Source: Heterodontus francisci | Taxonomy: Eukaryota | Direction of reading: 5' to 3' | Length of the DNA: 64,000 nucleotides | Assembly (NCBI RefSeq): GCF_036365525.1 | Contig: NC_090414.1 | Span: forward strand, 21,103,846-21,167,845 | Shown here: piece after piece, positions 50,008-60,752 of the stretch | Layout: every line of letters begins with the position of its first letter | Position numbering within the stretch: position 1 is the first letter of the stretch | Position numbers and translations under genes: made by a program | Notes under the pieces: generated by a model | The model's database searches: none | Seen by the model: the letters and a program-made list of their open reading frames with translations, nothing else | What the model was told of the DNA's origin: nothing

Positions 50008-53000
50008 CTAAGAGAAAAAGCACATCATGTCAATACAGGGTGGGCGGAAAGGAAAGTCTCTCATGCATTCACTGAGAGGGAGCCAGGCCGGAACCAGATG
50101 TGGCAGGGCTTCAGACGACGGGGGCAGGGTGGGGGGTGAGTTTTATGTTTTAAAATGTGCCTCCCGCCATCGAAATGAGAAATTTTAAGTATGGTATTTG
50201 ATCAGGTTATGTGACTGTACCGGGGGCCTTGTTTTCCAGTAGCTGAAAGCGACATTGATTATGGAGCTCACCCACCCACCCACCCAGTCAGTCATTCAGA
50301 AGCCCACTTATTTCAGAAGGTAAATTATCCATCAGCTCTTCATCCCTCCACCTGCTTTGATTAAACAGCCAAAAGGCTGCGGCACACATACTTTCACCTG
50401 GAAAACCTGGAGAGAGAGATAACGGACATCCCAGCACCATTCTGTCCAGCTGCCTCCCCACAGGCTACAACCAGGATTTGGGTCCACAAAGCAGGGAGCT
50501 TGCTGTGTATAACCCATCTGCCATCTATCCCCACGCTGCAGGCGTTCACACCTCATAAATACTTAATTGGCTGAGAAGCACTCGGATCTATTTTACCCAG
50601 CTATAAGCACTGAGCGAACCCCATCATTAATTCACAATCCTATTAAACTGTCTTGCGACCTTTAATAATGTAACAAGTGGTGTGGTTGTACAGTGAAGAC
50701 GACAGGAAGTGGGATGCTCAACTTGCTGAGCGCACGTGAGGAAGAGATGTCGGTCAGTGGAGAGGAACAAACCCAGGCCCCCTGTGTTGTGCTGACAAGC
50801 GAAGGGTACGCCAGCAGTGGCAGAGGCCTGGGTACAAAATCACCTGCCTGCTCTCAGTCTGCGAGTGGCGTGTGGTTCAGGGGGTTGGGGAGAATGAATG
50901 AAGCTGATGGGCCGTTCCCCTATTTTATCGATCATACCTTGGGGAAATCCAAGTGCGTCACACACCCGTGTACTGAGAATTGTGTTTGCGGACAGGCGGT
51001 TAGGAGGAGGGGTACGTAAGCAAGCAGCTTTGCAAGCGAATGGATTTGATCATGGAGGATGCTCGGCTGCAACATCCTGGAGTGGACAGGGGTAGTTAAG
51101 GCAGACAGGTTCCTGACACAATACACAAAACCCATCTGGGAGATGGGGGATAAAGAAGCACCTGATACAAAAGATATTATTTGAACACTGGAACAACAAC
51201 TGCTGCACTCAGCCCCAGGAGGTGCGCCAGTTACAGAAACAAGCTCACTGATGTTACCTCCCTTCATCATTCGAAGCAGAATGATGAAGGAAGTCACAAC
51301 TGTTCACAGTGCCATTGTGTGGGCCAATCTGATACCACAAATGGCAAGCAGATTCCTCGTTAGGGAAGGTACCTGCCCCCAGAAACCTCTCATCCTCTTC
51401 ATTAACAGCTCACCCACACCTAACATGATCGAGTCCCTCAAAGCTGCAAAGTTTGCACTTTCTTTAGTAACTTGTACTTGGGAAAGGTCTTCGTGCTTCT
51501 AACTATTTTGTAAAAGAACAGAATATCCTGATCTTTTAAACACAGCCAAAAATATATATATAGCCGGGTAGCTCATGGCAAGATCCCAAAGAGTGAAACC
51601 AAGGGTAAATGGAAGGTCAAAAAAAAACCAACCATTTTCAAATGAGGCCAAAGTTCAGGAGCAACCCACCCAGGGGAACAGACATTTTCTGCAAAAATAA
51701 TAGTCTGTATGAGATTCTCTGAGGTAGTCACACGTTTTAGAACTGATCAGCGAGACAAGGTACTGCAATGGATTAGACTTTGGCTTTGCAGAATTAACAA
51801 GGGGCCCCCACACCAAGACTTATCTTGTCTTTTCACATCTAGATGCAACCCGCCTTTGGTAAGTTGGTCCAGAACTATATCATTTGAGTTCACGCAGGCA
51901 GAGAGCAAAAGATTTCACACACTCCCCATTTCATTTCACTGAAGGCATCGAGACAGTGCTGCTGTCTAGGGTTTTACTGTTGACTGCCGCAGTCATGGCA
52001 AATTATACAGTCACTCATCTGTTACGCTTCAGAGAGTTTTCTTAAGTCTATCAGCTCTTCTGAAACTTGCTGTCATCTCACAAGACTTTTGGGTTAGCAG
52101 AAGACATATTAAGGAGGTGATGCTTCTAACAAGGGCAGAAAACAAGGTGAGGTCTCCACGAATCTCTGGAATTAGGAACATGTCTAATTCCACTCTAGCG
52201 GCTCTGACAAAATCCCTTCTGCAGTTGAGACGCTTGTGATAAAAACCAGATGGGGGTCTCTAAGCAATCATGTCCAGTCCTTCATAATACAAATACTTCG
52301 CAAAAAGCAAAGCTCATTCAGGACATGCGATGAAACAACCACACCATCATAAAATCATTTAGCAGGCCATTCGGTCCATCGTGCCTGTGCCATTATCTGA
52401 TCAGTTATCCAGTCAGTCCTGTCGTATTTACTGTCAAAACCCTTCATGATTTTGAACACCTCTATCAAATCTCTCTTTAACCTCCTCTGCTCCAAGGAGA
52501 ACAATCCCAGTTCTCTGGTCCGACCCGAAGTCGGTCATCCCTGATAGCATTTGAGTAAATCTGTTCTACACCCTCTCTGAAGCTTTGACATCCCAAAGTT
52601 CTCCACCACTGGGGGTTTTCCTCACATCGTGTCTGGGTTTGTAGTAGACTGATAGAAATTGATTGCTATAATTAGTCAACAACTCTTTGTATCATTGCTT
52701 CAGGATGGTTGAGAGGAAACGAGATGGTCTTGAGTCCAGCAACTCCCAAGAAAGGAGTTCGCTGGAAGGGTATCAAAATTTGTACACCAATGCCTCACAG
52801 AAGTACTGCCTTTATATTACACAGCTCACATCACTCTCTCCAGACACCACCTCGGCTTAAATGATTCAAGAAGCTACACAAGAGCTGCTGGCTATTCCCC
52901 CGCAGTTCGACTGAACTGGCCCACAATTATTCCCCGAAATCCGACAACAACCAGGCATGCGTCCCCGAATTGCACAAACATGAAAGGATCTGGTCAAATT

Positions 53001-53346
53001 ATTAAAACACATTCAAAAGTAAAAAAGCAAAAACACCCATGGCTAGAGGATAAGGAGACTTGGCGTTTGACCTCTTCCCCGACACAACGTATACCGCTCC
53101 ATGCCAGCATTTGGATCTGCGTTACTTACTGCGGAGCCCACAGCATTCCTCAGCTGGCATTATTGCTCGGAAACCAGGGCACTGCCAAGGGAAGAGTCTT
53201 CAACGGGCGTCTCTGAATTCCATGTGGGAGTGGAGAGACAAGTTAAATTAATCGCAGGCGAGGTTGAACTTTCCTCCCCTGCCCCTAATCGAGAAGCCTG
53301 GCAGCCCCCCTCACTCCCCGGGTTTTTGTCTGTAATGGATACATAC

Positions 53347-53839
53347 CTACTGATGCTATCGTCTATGAATTTCTCGTTCTGATATTTTGGCACAGTGAGC
53401 GGTGAGAGACGGGTGCGCTCGTACAGAGTGCAGCTGTTGGCCGCTGCTGCTGCTGATGTGCTTAGGCGGTTAGGGCTCCTCTCCCTCACATAATTGAGCG
53501 CCATGTAACTTGCTGCGGGAGCCGCGGTCTGGTAATCTTCATAATAGTCGTAATAGGAGGCGTGACCATAGTCGTAATCGTAATACGAATAGTAAGAGGG
53601 GTAATATTGAGTCGGGAACTGGTACTGGCTATACTGATTGTAACGCGCGGAGTGGCAATCTCTCGCTTGGTGGCCCTGCCTTCCACAGCGCTGGCACACA
53701 TCCCGCTGCCCGCCAGATTTCCCGTAGGTCGACCGGGAGAGCTGGACCCTGAGCCTGTTCCCATTGAATTCCTTCTCGTCCAGGTTGGTAATTGCTTGGA
53801 CTGCATCTTCCTCCTTCTCCATGTGCACAAAGGCGTAAT
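53347..53839 (-). CDS. RBM14/RBM4-family protein, exon 2 (end of RRM2, CCHC knuckle, Tyr-rich tail)
   Basis: DYAFVHMEKEEDAVQAITNLD...CQRCGRQGHQARDC...RERSP...YERTRLSP; gtatgt donor. Confidence 0.9.
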
Positions 53840-55103
53840 CTGCAAAGCGAGAAGAATAGAGTTCATGTTAACCAAATCTTACTTACAGCACAGGTGCCAG
53901 CACACTATCGGAAAGGAGTCACACTTAACACCTTTTAACATGGTGCCTGTCGACATTTTAGGGGAAGATCGATAGGTCCAAGGGAGAAGGGAATAAAGAA
54001 TATTCTCGAGGGTGAGTGGAGGCTCATGTGGAGCATAAACACTGGCTTGAACCTGTTGGACCGAATGGCCCATTTCTCTGCTGCAAATACTATGTAATTC
54101 CACACAGTGGAATTCACTTCGGTTGCGGTAGCACCATTTCTTTCTGCAGCCTGTCCTGTAAAAAAGGACACAGTTGATCAACTGTATAACACTTTTGCCA
54201 ACAAAACACTTGATCCCAATCACCTGGCTTCAGCTATGTAGGTTTGCGGTTAGCAACTTCAAAACAAAAAAAAGGCAGAAATAGTCGGAAGCAAAGTAAA
54301 AGCGTTTACAGTGGAGTTCTCCACCCCCCCTGCACCCCAATCATTGGAAAGTGTGTGTGCGCGTGCACACACAGGATTGGGTTCTGCTATTTAGTGACAG
54401 ATCTGCGAGAGTTAGTGCCATCAGAACACGAAGTAAAATGTTTGACAACAAAGGTTCAAATGCAAAACACAGGGATTTACCTCTATGAGATATAGGTCTC
54501 TAAACAGCTCCCACAAATATAAAACACTTCAATATTATCAGGATGGCTAGGACGGTGGATTTGGGGAGGGGAAAAGAGACACAGGGAAGACAGAACTTTC
54601 TCCTCAAACTGGTAGACCAACTGGGCTTCACCAGTGTTTTATTTCATTTGAAACCTTTTCACTCCCTCTCCAATTTCTCACTTTGGTGTCCCACGCCCCA
54701 AGCATTTACATTCTGGTTTGTCTCTCCATAGCCTCATTCCAGTGCAGCACTGAGCGAGGCGATGCCTCTTCAGATGGGACATTAAAAACGGAGGCCCCAT
54801 TAGGTGGCCTTATAAGAGACACGGCCACTATTTTGAAGAGTATGGGATGTCTCCCCAGTGTCCCGGCCAATACTTATCTGTCAACCAACATCATTAAAAT
54901 GGATTCACTGGTCATTATCACATTATTGTGGGATCTTACTGTGCTGGGGCTAAAAGCATTAAATTACAATGAGGCATGAGTTTGGAAGTTTAAGGGTGAA
55001 CCTTTTAGAGTTATACAACACTGAAACAGGCCCTTCGGCCCATCATGTCTATACTGGCCATCAAGCACTGAAAACTGAATTTGAACTGTTTTAAGATGAT
55101 TAA

Positions 55104-55460
55104 CGGCACAGTGGCGCAGTGGTTAGCACCGCAGCCTCACAGCTCCAGCGACCCGGGTTCAATTCTGGGTGCTGCCTGTGTGGAGTTTGCAAGTTCTCCC
55201 TGTGTCTGTGTGGGTTTTCTCCGGGTGCTCCGGTTTCCTCCCACAAGCCAAAAGACTTGCAGGTTGATAGGTAAATTGGCCATTATAAATTGCCCCTAGT
55301 ATAGGTAGGTGGCAGGGAAATACAGGGACAGGTGGGGATGCGGTAGGAATATGGGATTAGTGTAGGATTCGTATAAAATGGGTGGTTGATGGTCAGCACA
55401 GACTCGGTGGGCCGAAGGGCCTGTTTCAATGCTGTATCTCTAAACTAAACTAAACTAAAC
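55104..55460 (+). mobile_element. HE1/V-SINE-like tRNA-derived SINE, full length
   Basis: A box TGGCGCAGTGG, B box GGTTCAATTC, CR1-like tail, (TAAAC)n end; close to the copy at 10557-10853. Confidence 0.8.
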
Positions 55461-55639
55461 GGATTTGCGAGGGTAAATAGAGAAAAACAATTTCCTCTGG
55501 TGGAGGAATCCAGAACGGGGGACGGGGGTCTAACCTTCAAACAGCACTGGGTTGTTCAGGGCTGATGTGTAAGAAACACTGCTATAAACAGTAGACTGGA
55601 AGGGCTGGACAATCTCCTGTGGTACCAATATAGAATCAG

Positions 55640-55975
55640 ACTGGAGGGGCTGAATGGCCTCCTCTTGTTTATCGGAAACAGACCGGAGGGGCTGAATGGC
55701 CGCCTCTGGTTCCGATATAGAAACAGACCGGAGGGGCTGAATGGCCTCCTCTGGTTCCGATATAGAAACAGACCGGAGGGGCTGAATGGCCTCCTCTGGT
55801 TCCGATATAGAAACAGACCGGAGGGGCTGAATGGCCTCCTCTGGTTCCGATATAGAAACAGACCGGAGGGGCTGAATGGCCTCCTCTGGTTCCGATATAG
55901 AAACAGACCGGAGGGGCTGAATGGCCTCCTCTGGTTCCGATATAGAAACAGACCGGAGGGGCTGAATGGCCTCCT
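55640..55975. repeat. 45-bp tandem repeat, about 7.5 copies
   Basis: Unit GACCGGAGGGGCTGAATGGCCTCCTCTGGTTCCGATATAGAAACA. Confidence 0.92.
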
Positions 55976-56070
55976 GCCTGGAGGTGCTGAATGGCCTCCG
56001 ACGTGCAATGGCACCGCCTGCGTGACGCCGTGACGTCACTGGGAAAGCCCCCCCCCCCGCGCCGCCTCAC

Positions 56071-56401
56071 CTTTGACGATGTCGCACTCCACCACCCGGC
56101 CGTACTCCTCGAACTTGGCCCTCAACTCCTGGTTGGTGCAGCCAGGCGCCAGGTTGCCGACGTAGACCTTGGTGACGGCGGCCGGCCGGGGCCGCGACTC
56201 GGCCACGTTGAGCTTCTTGCCGTGCAGCTCATACTGGTTGAGCGCCGCGATGGCCTGGCTCGCCTCCTCGGCGCTGTCCATATGCACGAAACCGTAGTGC
56301 CGGATGATATCGCACTCCCGCACCGTGCCGTAGTACTCGAACAGCGTGCGCAGCTCCTCCACCGTGCCTTCGCTGGGTATATTACCCACGAAGATCTTCA
56401 T
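56071..56401 (-). CDS. RBM14/RBM4-family protein, exon 1 (RRM1 and start of RRM2); total 291 aa
   Basis: MKIFVGNIP...HYGFVHM...SRPRPAAVTKVYVGNL...FEEYGRVVECDIVK; gtgag donor, phase 1. Confidence 0.93.
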
Positions 56402-56429
56402 TTTTTCCCCCAGTTTTTGGCCGGTCGGT

Positions 56430-56840
56430 TTAAATCGCTATCTCTCTGTTTTTCCCCCTCCTCACCTCACGGCGACTATGCCGCCGTCTACACAAAATGG
56501 CGCCGATCCTAACGTTCGTTAAAACGGGTGGGGGGGGAGGAGGCCGTCTTTCTTTAACTGACAGCTGTTCCGGCCAATCAGAGTCAGGGCGCCTCAGACG
56601 GACAACCAATCAAATGTCGCATCCGGGCTTTGCCAAAGCACGCCCCTCTTCCGCCACTTCCGGCCGAGGGGGGCGGGCGCCTGGCGACGGGATGCGAGCC
56701 CCCCCTGATTGGCTGGCGCTCGGCCGACCCGTGATCCGATTGGTGTCACGACCTGCCGCTCAGGATGGGCAGCGCGGGCGGCGGCCATTTTGTGTTGCCT
56801 CTCGGACTGCAGCGGGCGGAAGGCGGGGTGGGAGCCTGGG
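56430..56840. promoter_or_regulatory. CpG-island bidirectional promoter
   Basis: YY1-type AAAATGGCG at 56494 and GCCATTTT at 56784; CCAAT at 56574 and 56606; ATTGG at 56708 and 56739; ETS ACTTCCGG ~56656; GC box ~56670. Confidence 0.8.
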
Positions 56841-57035
56841 AATGTGATCAAAAGGCCCGGCTTAGCGTGCAGGGGAGACCGCCGGGCGCGCTATCCACGC
56901 CCAGCCCCGGAGGTAGCAGCAAGGCCGCCAAAAAGATATATCTATATCGCCAACGTGTCGCTGGACAGCAGCAGCAACGTGCTTCAGGCCCGCTTCGGGG
57001 TGTTCGGCCGAGTGACTGGGTGCAAGTCGTCAGAG
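56765..57035 (+). pseudogene. Damaged first exon of an RBM14/RBM4-family paralog (N-terminal half of one RRM)
   Basis: IYIANVSLDSSSNVLQARFGVFGRVTGC resembles RRM2 of the neighbour; 4-nt insertion ~56936 and 1-nt deletion ~57026 by manual alignment; gtgag donor at 57036. Confidence 0.6.
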
Positions 57036-57299
57036 GTGAGATGTCGCTTGGCTCCGCCCATCTTTAGGTGGCCATGTGGAAGGATTTCACAGTGACGTCA
57101 CGGGTAGCCGCGAACCGCCGCCATTACTCTGTAGGAGGCGGCTGTTCTGCCACTCAATGAAAGCAAGGCGATTCTGTATCCTAAGTCCATTCTCACGCCT
57201 TAGCCCCACACTCCTTAATACCCTTGGCTAGCAATAATCTTATTTATTGATTGAGCTAGCATCTCCTTTGCTTTCGTGGGAGATCTTGCTTTTGAAATT

Positions 57300-57980
57300 T
57301 TCAATTGACCTAGTATTTAGACAGGGAGTTTTATGATGAACCTTTTAACACTGGTTCGGCCTCAACTGAAGCATTGTGCCAATTCTGGGTGCCACACTTT
57401 AGGAAGGATGTGAAGGCTTTGGAGAGAATGCAGAAAAGATTTATGAGAATAGGGTTGAGCGACTTCAGTTACGAGGATAGACTGGAGATACTGGAGTTGT
57501 TCTTAGAGAAGGTCGAGAGGAAATTTGATAGAGGTTTTCAAAATCATGCGTTGAGGCAGAGTAGATAGAAAGAAATTGTTCCCATTGGCGGAAGGGTTGA
57601 GAACCAGAGGACAGACATTTAAGGAGATTGGCAAAAGAAGCATTTTTACACAACAATAAAAACAGAAAGTGCTGGAAATACTCAGCATGTCAGACAGTAT
57701 TTGTGGGGAGAGAAGCAGAGTTAACGTTTCAGGTTTGTGACCTTTCATCAGAACTGGCTGGTGTAATCTCTCTTGGAGTCCAGCTATCATTCTGGTACAT
57801 CTATGCTGCACTCTGTCTGGTGTCTCCACATAATTTCCTTCATCCCTGGTATCATTCTAGCAAATCTTCTCTACGCCCTCTCCAAGGCCTTGAACTCCTT
57901 TCTAAAATGTGGTGCCTAGAGTTTGACACAGTATTCCAGCTGAGACCTGACCCGTAGTTTATAAAGGTTTAGCATAAGAT
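57300..57980. mobile_element. CR1 LINE 3' fragments
   Basis: QFWVPHFRKDVKALERMQKRF (+) and an opposite-strand piece at 57820-57980. Confidence 0.65.
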
Positions 57981-58085
57981 TACCGTACCAAACTAGTCAG
58001 AAACCAGCAGAGATCAAGGATCAAACCTGGTCAGTGTGTAACTAATTAATCCTTCTCCTCTCTCTCAGTTTAGGCCTTTGTACAC

Positions 58086-60752
58086 ATGGAACACAAGGAG
58101 GAAGCACTGAAAGCCATTAACAAGATGGATCTCACTGACGTTAAGGGAAGGAAGATTAGGGTACAGCCATCCAAGACAAGTGCCAAGCCAGAATCCGGCG
58201 GTGGTCCTGTGGAAAATTGCCAGGACGGCAGAAGACCAAGCCACCAGGCAATAGAATGCTTCTGGGCTCCTTATGATTCCCTAGATAGGTATGGCCCCCA
58301 AACTTCATGCTACCCTCTCTATGGCCAGCATTGTGGATATGACAGTGCTACCAGGCAGTACGTCAGTTATTACAAACAGCTTCCTCCCCGGCCACAGCTT
58401 CTACTCCAGCGGAAGCTCCTGCCTGAGCCTCAGCTTCACTCACAGCCCAAAGCCGTCTGCAGTGCGTCTGGGGACAGCCCACTCCGGTGGCCAAGCACGA
58501 CCCAGTACAATCGCTTCCGTCTTCCTCCATCTCCAAAGCTGGAAAACAGAAAACCCATGAAGAGGAAGGTGCCGCAGGATAAACTGGCCTTCGGCAAAAG
58601 GGCCCGCACCTCTCTGGTAAATACCCACACTTTGGGAGAGAGAGCTCAATCTGGCCTGTTAAATACCCCCACCCTGGGAGAGAGAGCCCAATCCGGCCTT
58701 TTAAATACCCCCACCCTGGGAGAGAGAGCCCAATTCGGCCTGTTAAATACACCTGCCCTGAGAGAGTGTGTCCGACCCAGCCTGTTAAATACACCTGCAC
58801 TGGGAGAGGGAGCCTGGCCCGGCCTGTTAAAAAGCCCCACCCTGGGAGAGAGTGTCCGACCAGGCCTGTTAAATAGACCCACCCTGGGAAAGAGAGCCCA
58901 ATCCGGCCTGTTAAAAAGCCCCACCCTGGGAGACAATGTCCAACCAGGCCTGTTAAATAGACCCACCCTGGATGAGATAGCCCAATCCGGCCTATTAAAA
59001 AGCCCCACCCTGGGAGAGAGTGTCCGACCAGGCCTGTTAAGTAGACCCACCCTGGATGAGATAGCCCAATCCGGCCTGTTAAAAAGCCCCACCCTGGGAG
59101 AGAGTGTCCGACCAGGCCTGTTAAATAGACCCACCCTGGGAGAGAGTGTCCGACCAGGCCTGTTAAATAGACCCACCCTGGATGAGATAGCCCAATCCGG
59201 CCTGTTAAAAAGCCCCACCCTGGGAGAGAGTGTCCGACCAGGCCTGTTAAATAGACCCACCCTGGATGAGATAGCCCAATTCGGCCTGTTAAAAAGCCCC
59301 ACCCTGGGAGTGAGTGTCCGACCAGGCCTGTTAAATAGACCCACCCTGGGTGAGAGAGTCCAATCCGGCCTGTTAAAAAGCCCCACCCTGGGAGAAAGTA
59401 TCCGACCAGGCCTGTTAAGTAGACACACCCTGGGAAAGAGTGCCCAATCTGGCCTGTTAAATACCCCCACCCAGGGAGAGAATGTCCGAACCAGCCTGTT
59501 AAATACACCCATCCTGGGAGAGAGTGTCCGACCCAGTCTATTAAATATCCCCACGCTGGGAGAGAGAGCCCAGTCCGGCCTGTTAAATATTCCCACCCTG
59601 AGAGAGAGAGTCCAGTCCGGCCTGTTAAATTCACCCATTCTGGGAGAGAGTGTCCGACCCAGTCTATTAAATATCCCCACAATGGGAGAGAGAGCCCAGT
59701 CCGGCCTGTTAAATACCCCCACCCTGAGAGAGAGAGCCCAGTCCGGCCTGTTAAATTCACCCGTTCTGGGAGAGAGTGTCCGACCCAGTCTATTAAATAT
59801 CCCCACAATGGGAGAGAGAGCCCAGTCTGGCCTGTTAAATACCCCCACCCTGAGAGAGAGAGCCCAGTCCGGCCTGTTAAATTCACCCGTTCTGGGAGAG
59901 AGTGTCCGACCCAGTCTATTAAATATCCCCACAATGGGAGAGAGAGCCCAGTCCGGCCTGTTAAATACCCCCACCCTGAGAGAGAGAGCCCAATCCGGCC
60001 TGTTAAATACCCTCACCCTGGCAGAGAGAGCCCGGTTCGGCCTGTTAAATACCCCGACCCTGGGAGAGAGAGCCCAGTCTGGCCTGTTAAATGCCCCCAC
60101 CCTGGGAGAGAGAGCCCAGTCTGGCCTATTAAAAACCCCCACCCTAGGAGAGAGAGCCCAGTCCAGCCTGTTAAATACCCCGACCCTGGGAGAGAGAGAC
60201 CAGTCCGGCCTGTTAAATACCCCGACCCTGGGAGAGAGAGCCCAGTCCGGCCTATTAAAAGCCCCCACCCTGGGAAAGAGAGCCCAGTCCGGCCTGTTAA
60301 ATACCCCGATCCTGGGAAAGAGAGCCCAATCTGGCCTGTTAAATACCCCGACCCTGGGAGAGATAGCTCAGTCCGGCCTATTAAAAACCCCCACCCTGGG
60401 AAAGAGAGCCCAGTCCGGCCTGTTAAATACCCCGACCCTGGGAGAGAGAGCCCAGTCCGGCCTGTTAAATACCCTGACCCTCGGAGAGAGAGCCCGGTCC
60501 GGCCTGTTAAATTCACCCACCCTGGGAGAGAGTGTTCGACCCAGCCTGTTAAATACTCTCGCTCTGCGAGAGAGCCCAAACCGACCTGGCCTGTTAAATA
60601 AACCCATCCTGGGAATGAGTGCCCCATTTGGTCTGTCACACAAGCCCTCTGTCTATGCCTCTGCTCACCCGAGGATGTACTTGCTGGATCGTGCTCCCCA
60701 CTATTCTGTACCTCCCAAGCGAGCTGTCAGTTCCTGCACCCCTGTGGTGTAA
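58086..60752 (+). CDS. RBM14/RBM4-family paralog exon 2: half RRM, decayed knuckle, long 13-aa repeat region; coding status uncertain
   Basis: AFVHMEHKEEALKAINKMD...GRKIRVQPSK; 888 open codons; AATAAA at 60927-60932. Confidence 0.6.
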   Translation: MEHKEEALKAINKMDLTDVKGRKIRVQPSKTSAKPESGGGPVENCQDGRRPSHQAIECFWAPYDSLDRYGPQTSCYPLYGQHCGYDSATRQYVSYYKQLPPRPQLLLQRKLLPEPQLHSQPKAVCSASGDSPLRWPSTTQYNRFRLPPSPKLENRKPMKRKVPQDKLAFGKRARTSLVNTHTLGERAQSGLLNTPTLGERAQSGLLNTPTLGERAQFGLLNTPALRECVRPSLLNTPALGEGAWPGLLKSPTLGESVRPGLLNRPTLGKRAQSGLLKSPTLGDNVQPGLLNRPTLDEIAQSGLLKSPTLGESVRPGLLSRPTLDEIAQSGLLKSPTLGESVRPGLLNRPTLGESVRPGLLNRPTLDEIAQSGLLKSPTLGESVRPGLLNRPTLDEIAQFGLLKSPTLGVSVRPGLLNRPTLGERVQSGLLKSPTLGESIRPGLLSRHTLGKSAQSGLLNTPTQGENVRTSLLNTPILGESVRPSLLNIPTLGERAQSGLLNIPTLRERVQSGLLNSPILGESVRPSLLNIPTMGERAQSGLLNTPTLRERAQSGLLNSPVLGESVRPSLLNIPTMGERAQSGLLNTPTLRERAQSGLLNSPVLGESVRPSLLNIPTMGERAQSGLLNTPTLRERAQSGLLNTLTLAERARFGLLNTPTLGERAQSGLLNAPTLGERAQSGLLKTPTLGERAQSSLLNTPTLGERDQSGLLNTPTLGERAQSGLLKAPTLGKRAQSGLLNTPILGKRAQSGLLNTPTLGEIAQSGLLKTPTLGKRAQSGLLNTPTLGERAQSGLLNTLTLGERARSGLLNSPTLGESVRPSLLNTLALRESPNRPGLLNKPILGMSAPFGLSHKPSVYASAHPRMYLLDRAPHYSVPPKRAVSSCTPVV
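58611..60620 (+). repeat. 39-bp in-frame tandem repeat, about 50 copies
   Basis: Unit GGCCTGTTAAATACCCCCACCCTGGGAGAGAGAGCCCAGTCC-like, encoding GLLNTPTLGERAQS-type units. Confidence 0.95.

Noticed and set aside
58363-60639. Long minus-strand ORFs (523, 540, 208 aa)
   Set aside because: Antisense shadows of the 39-bp repeat; they also show that an open frame alone is weak evidence here
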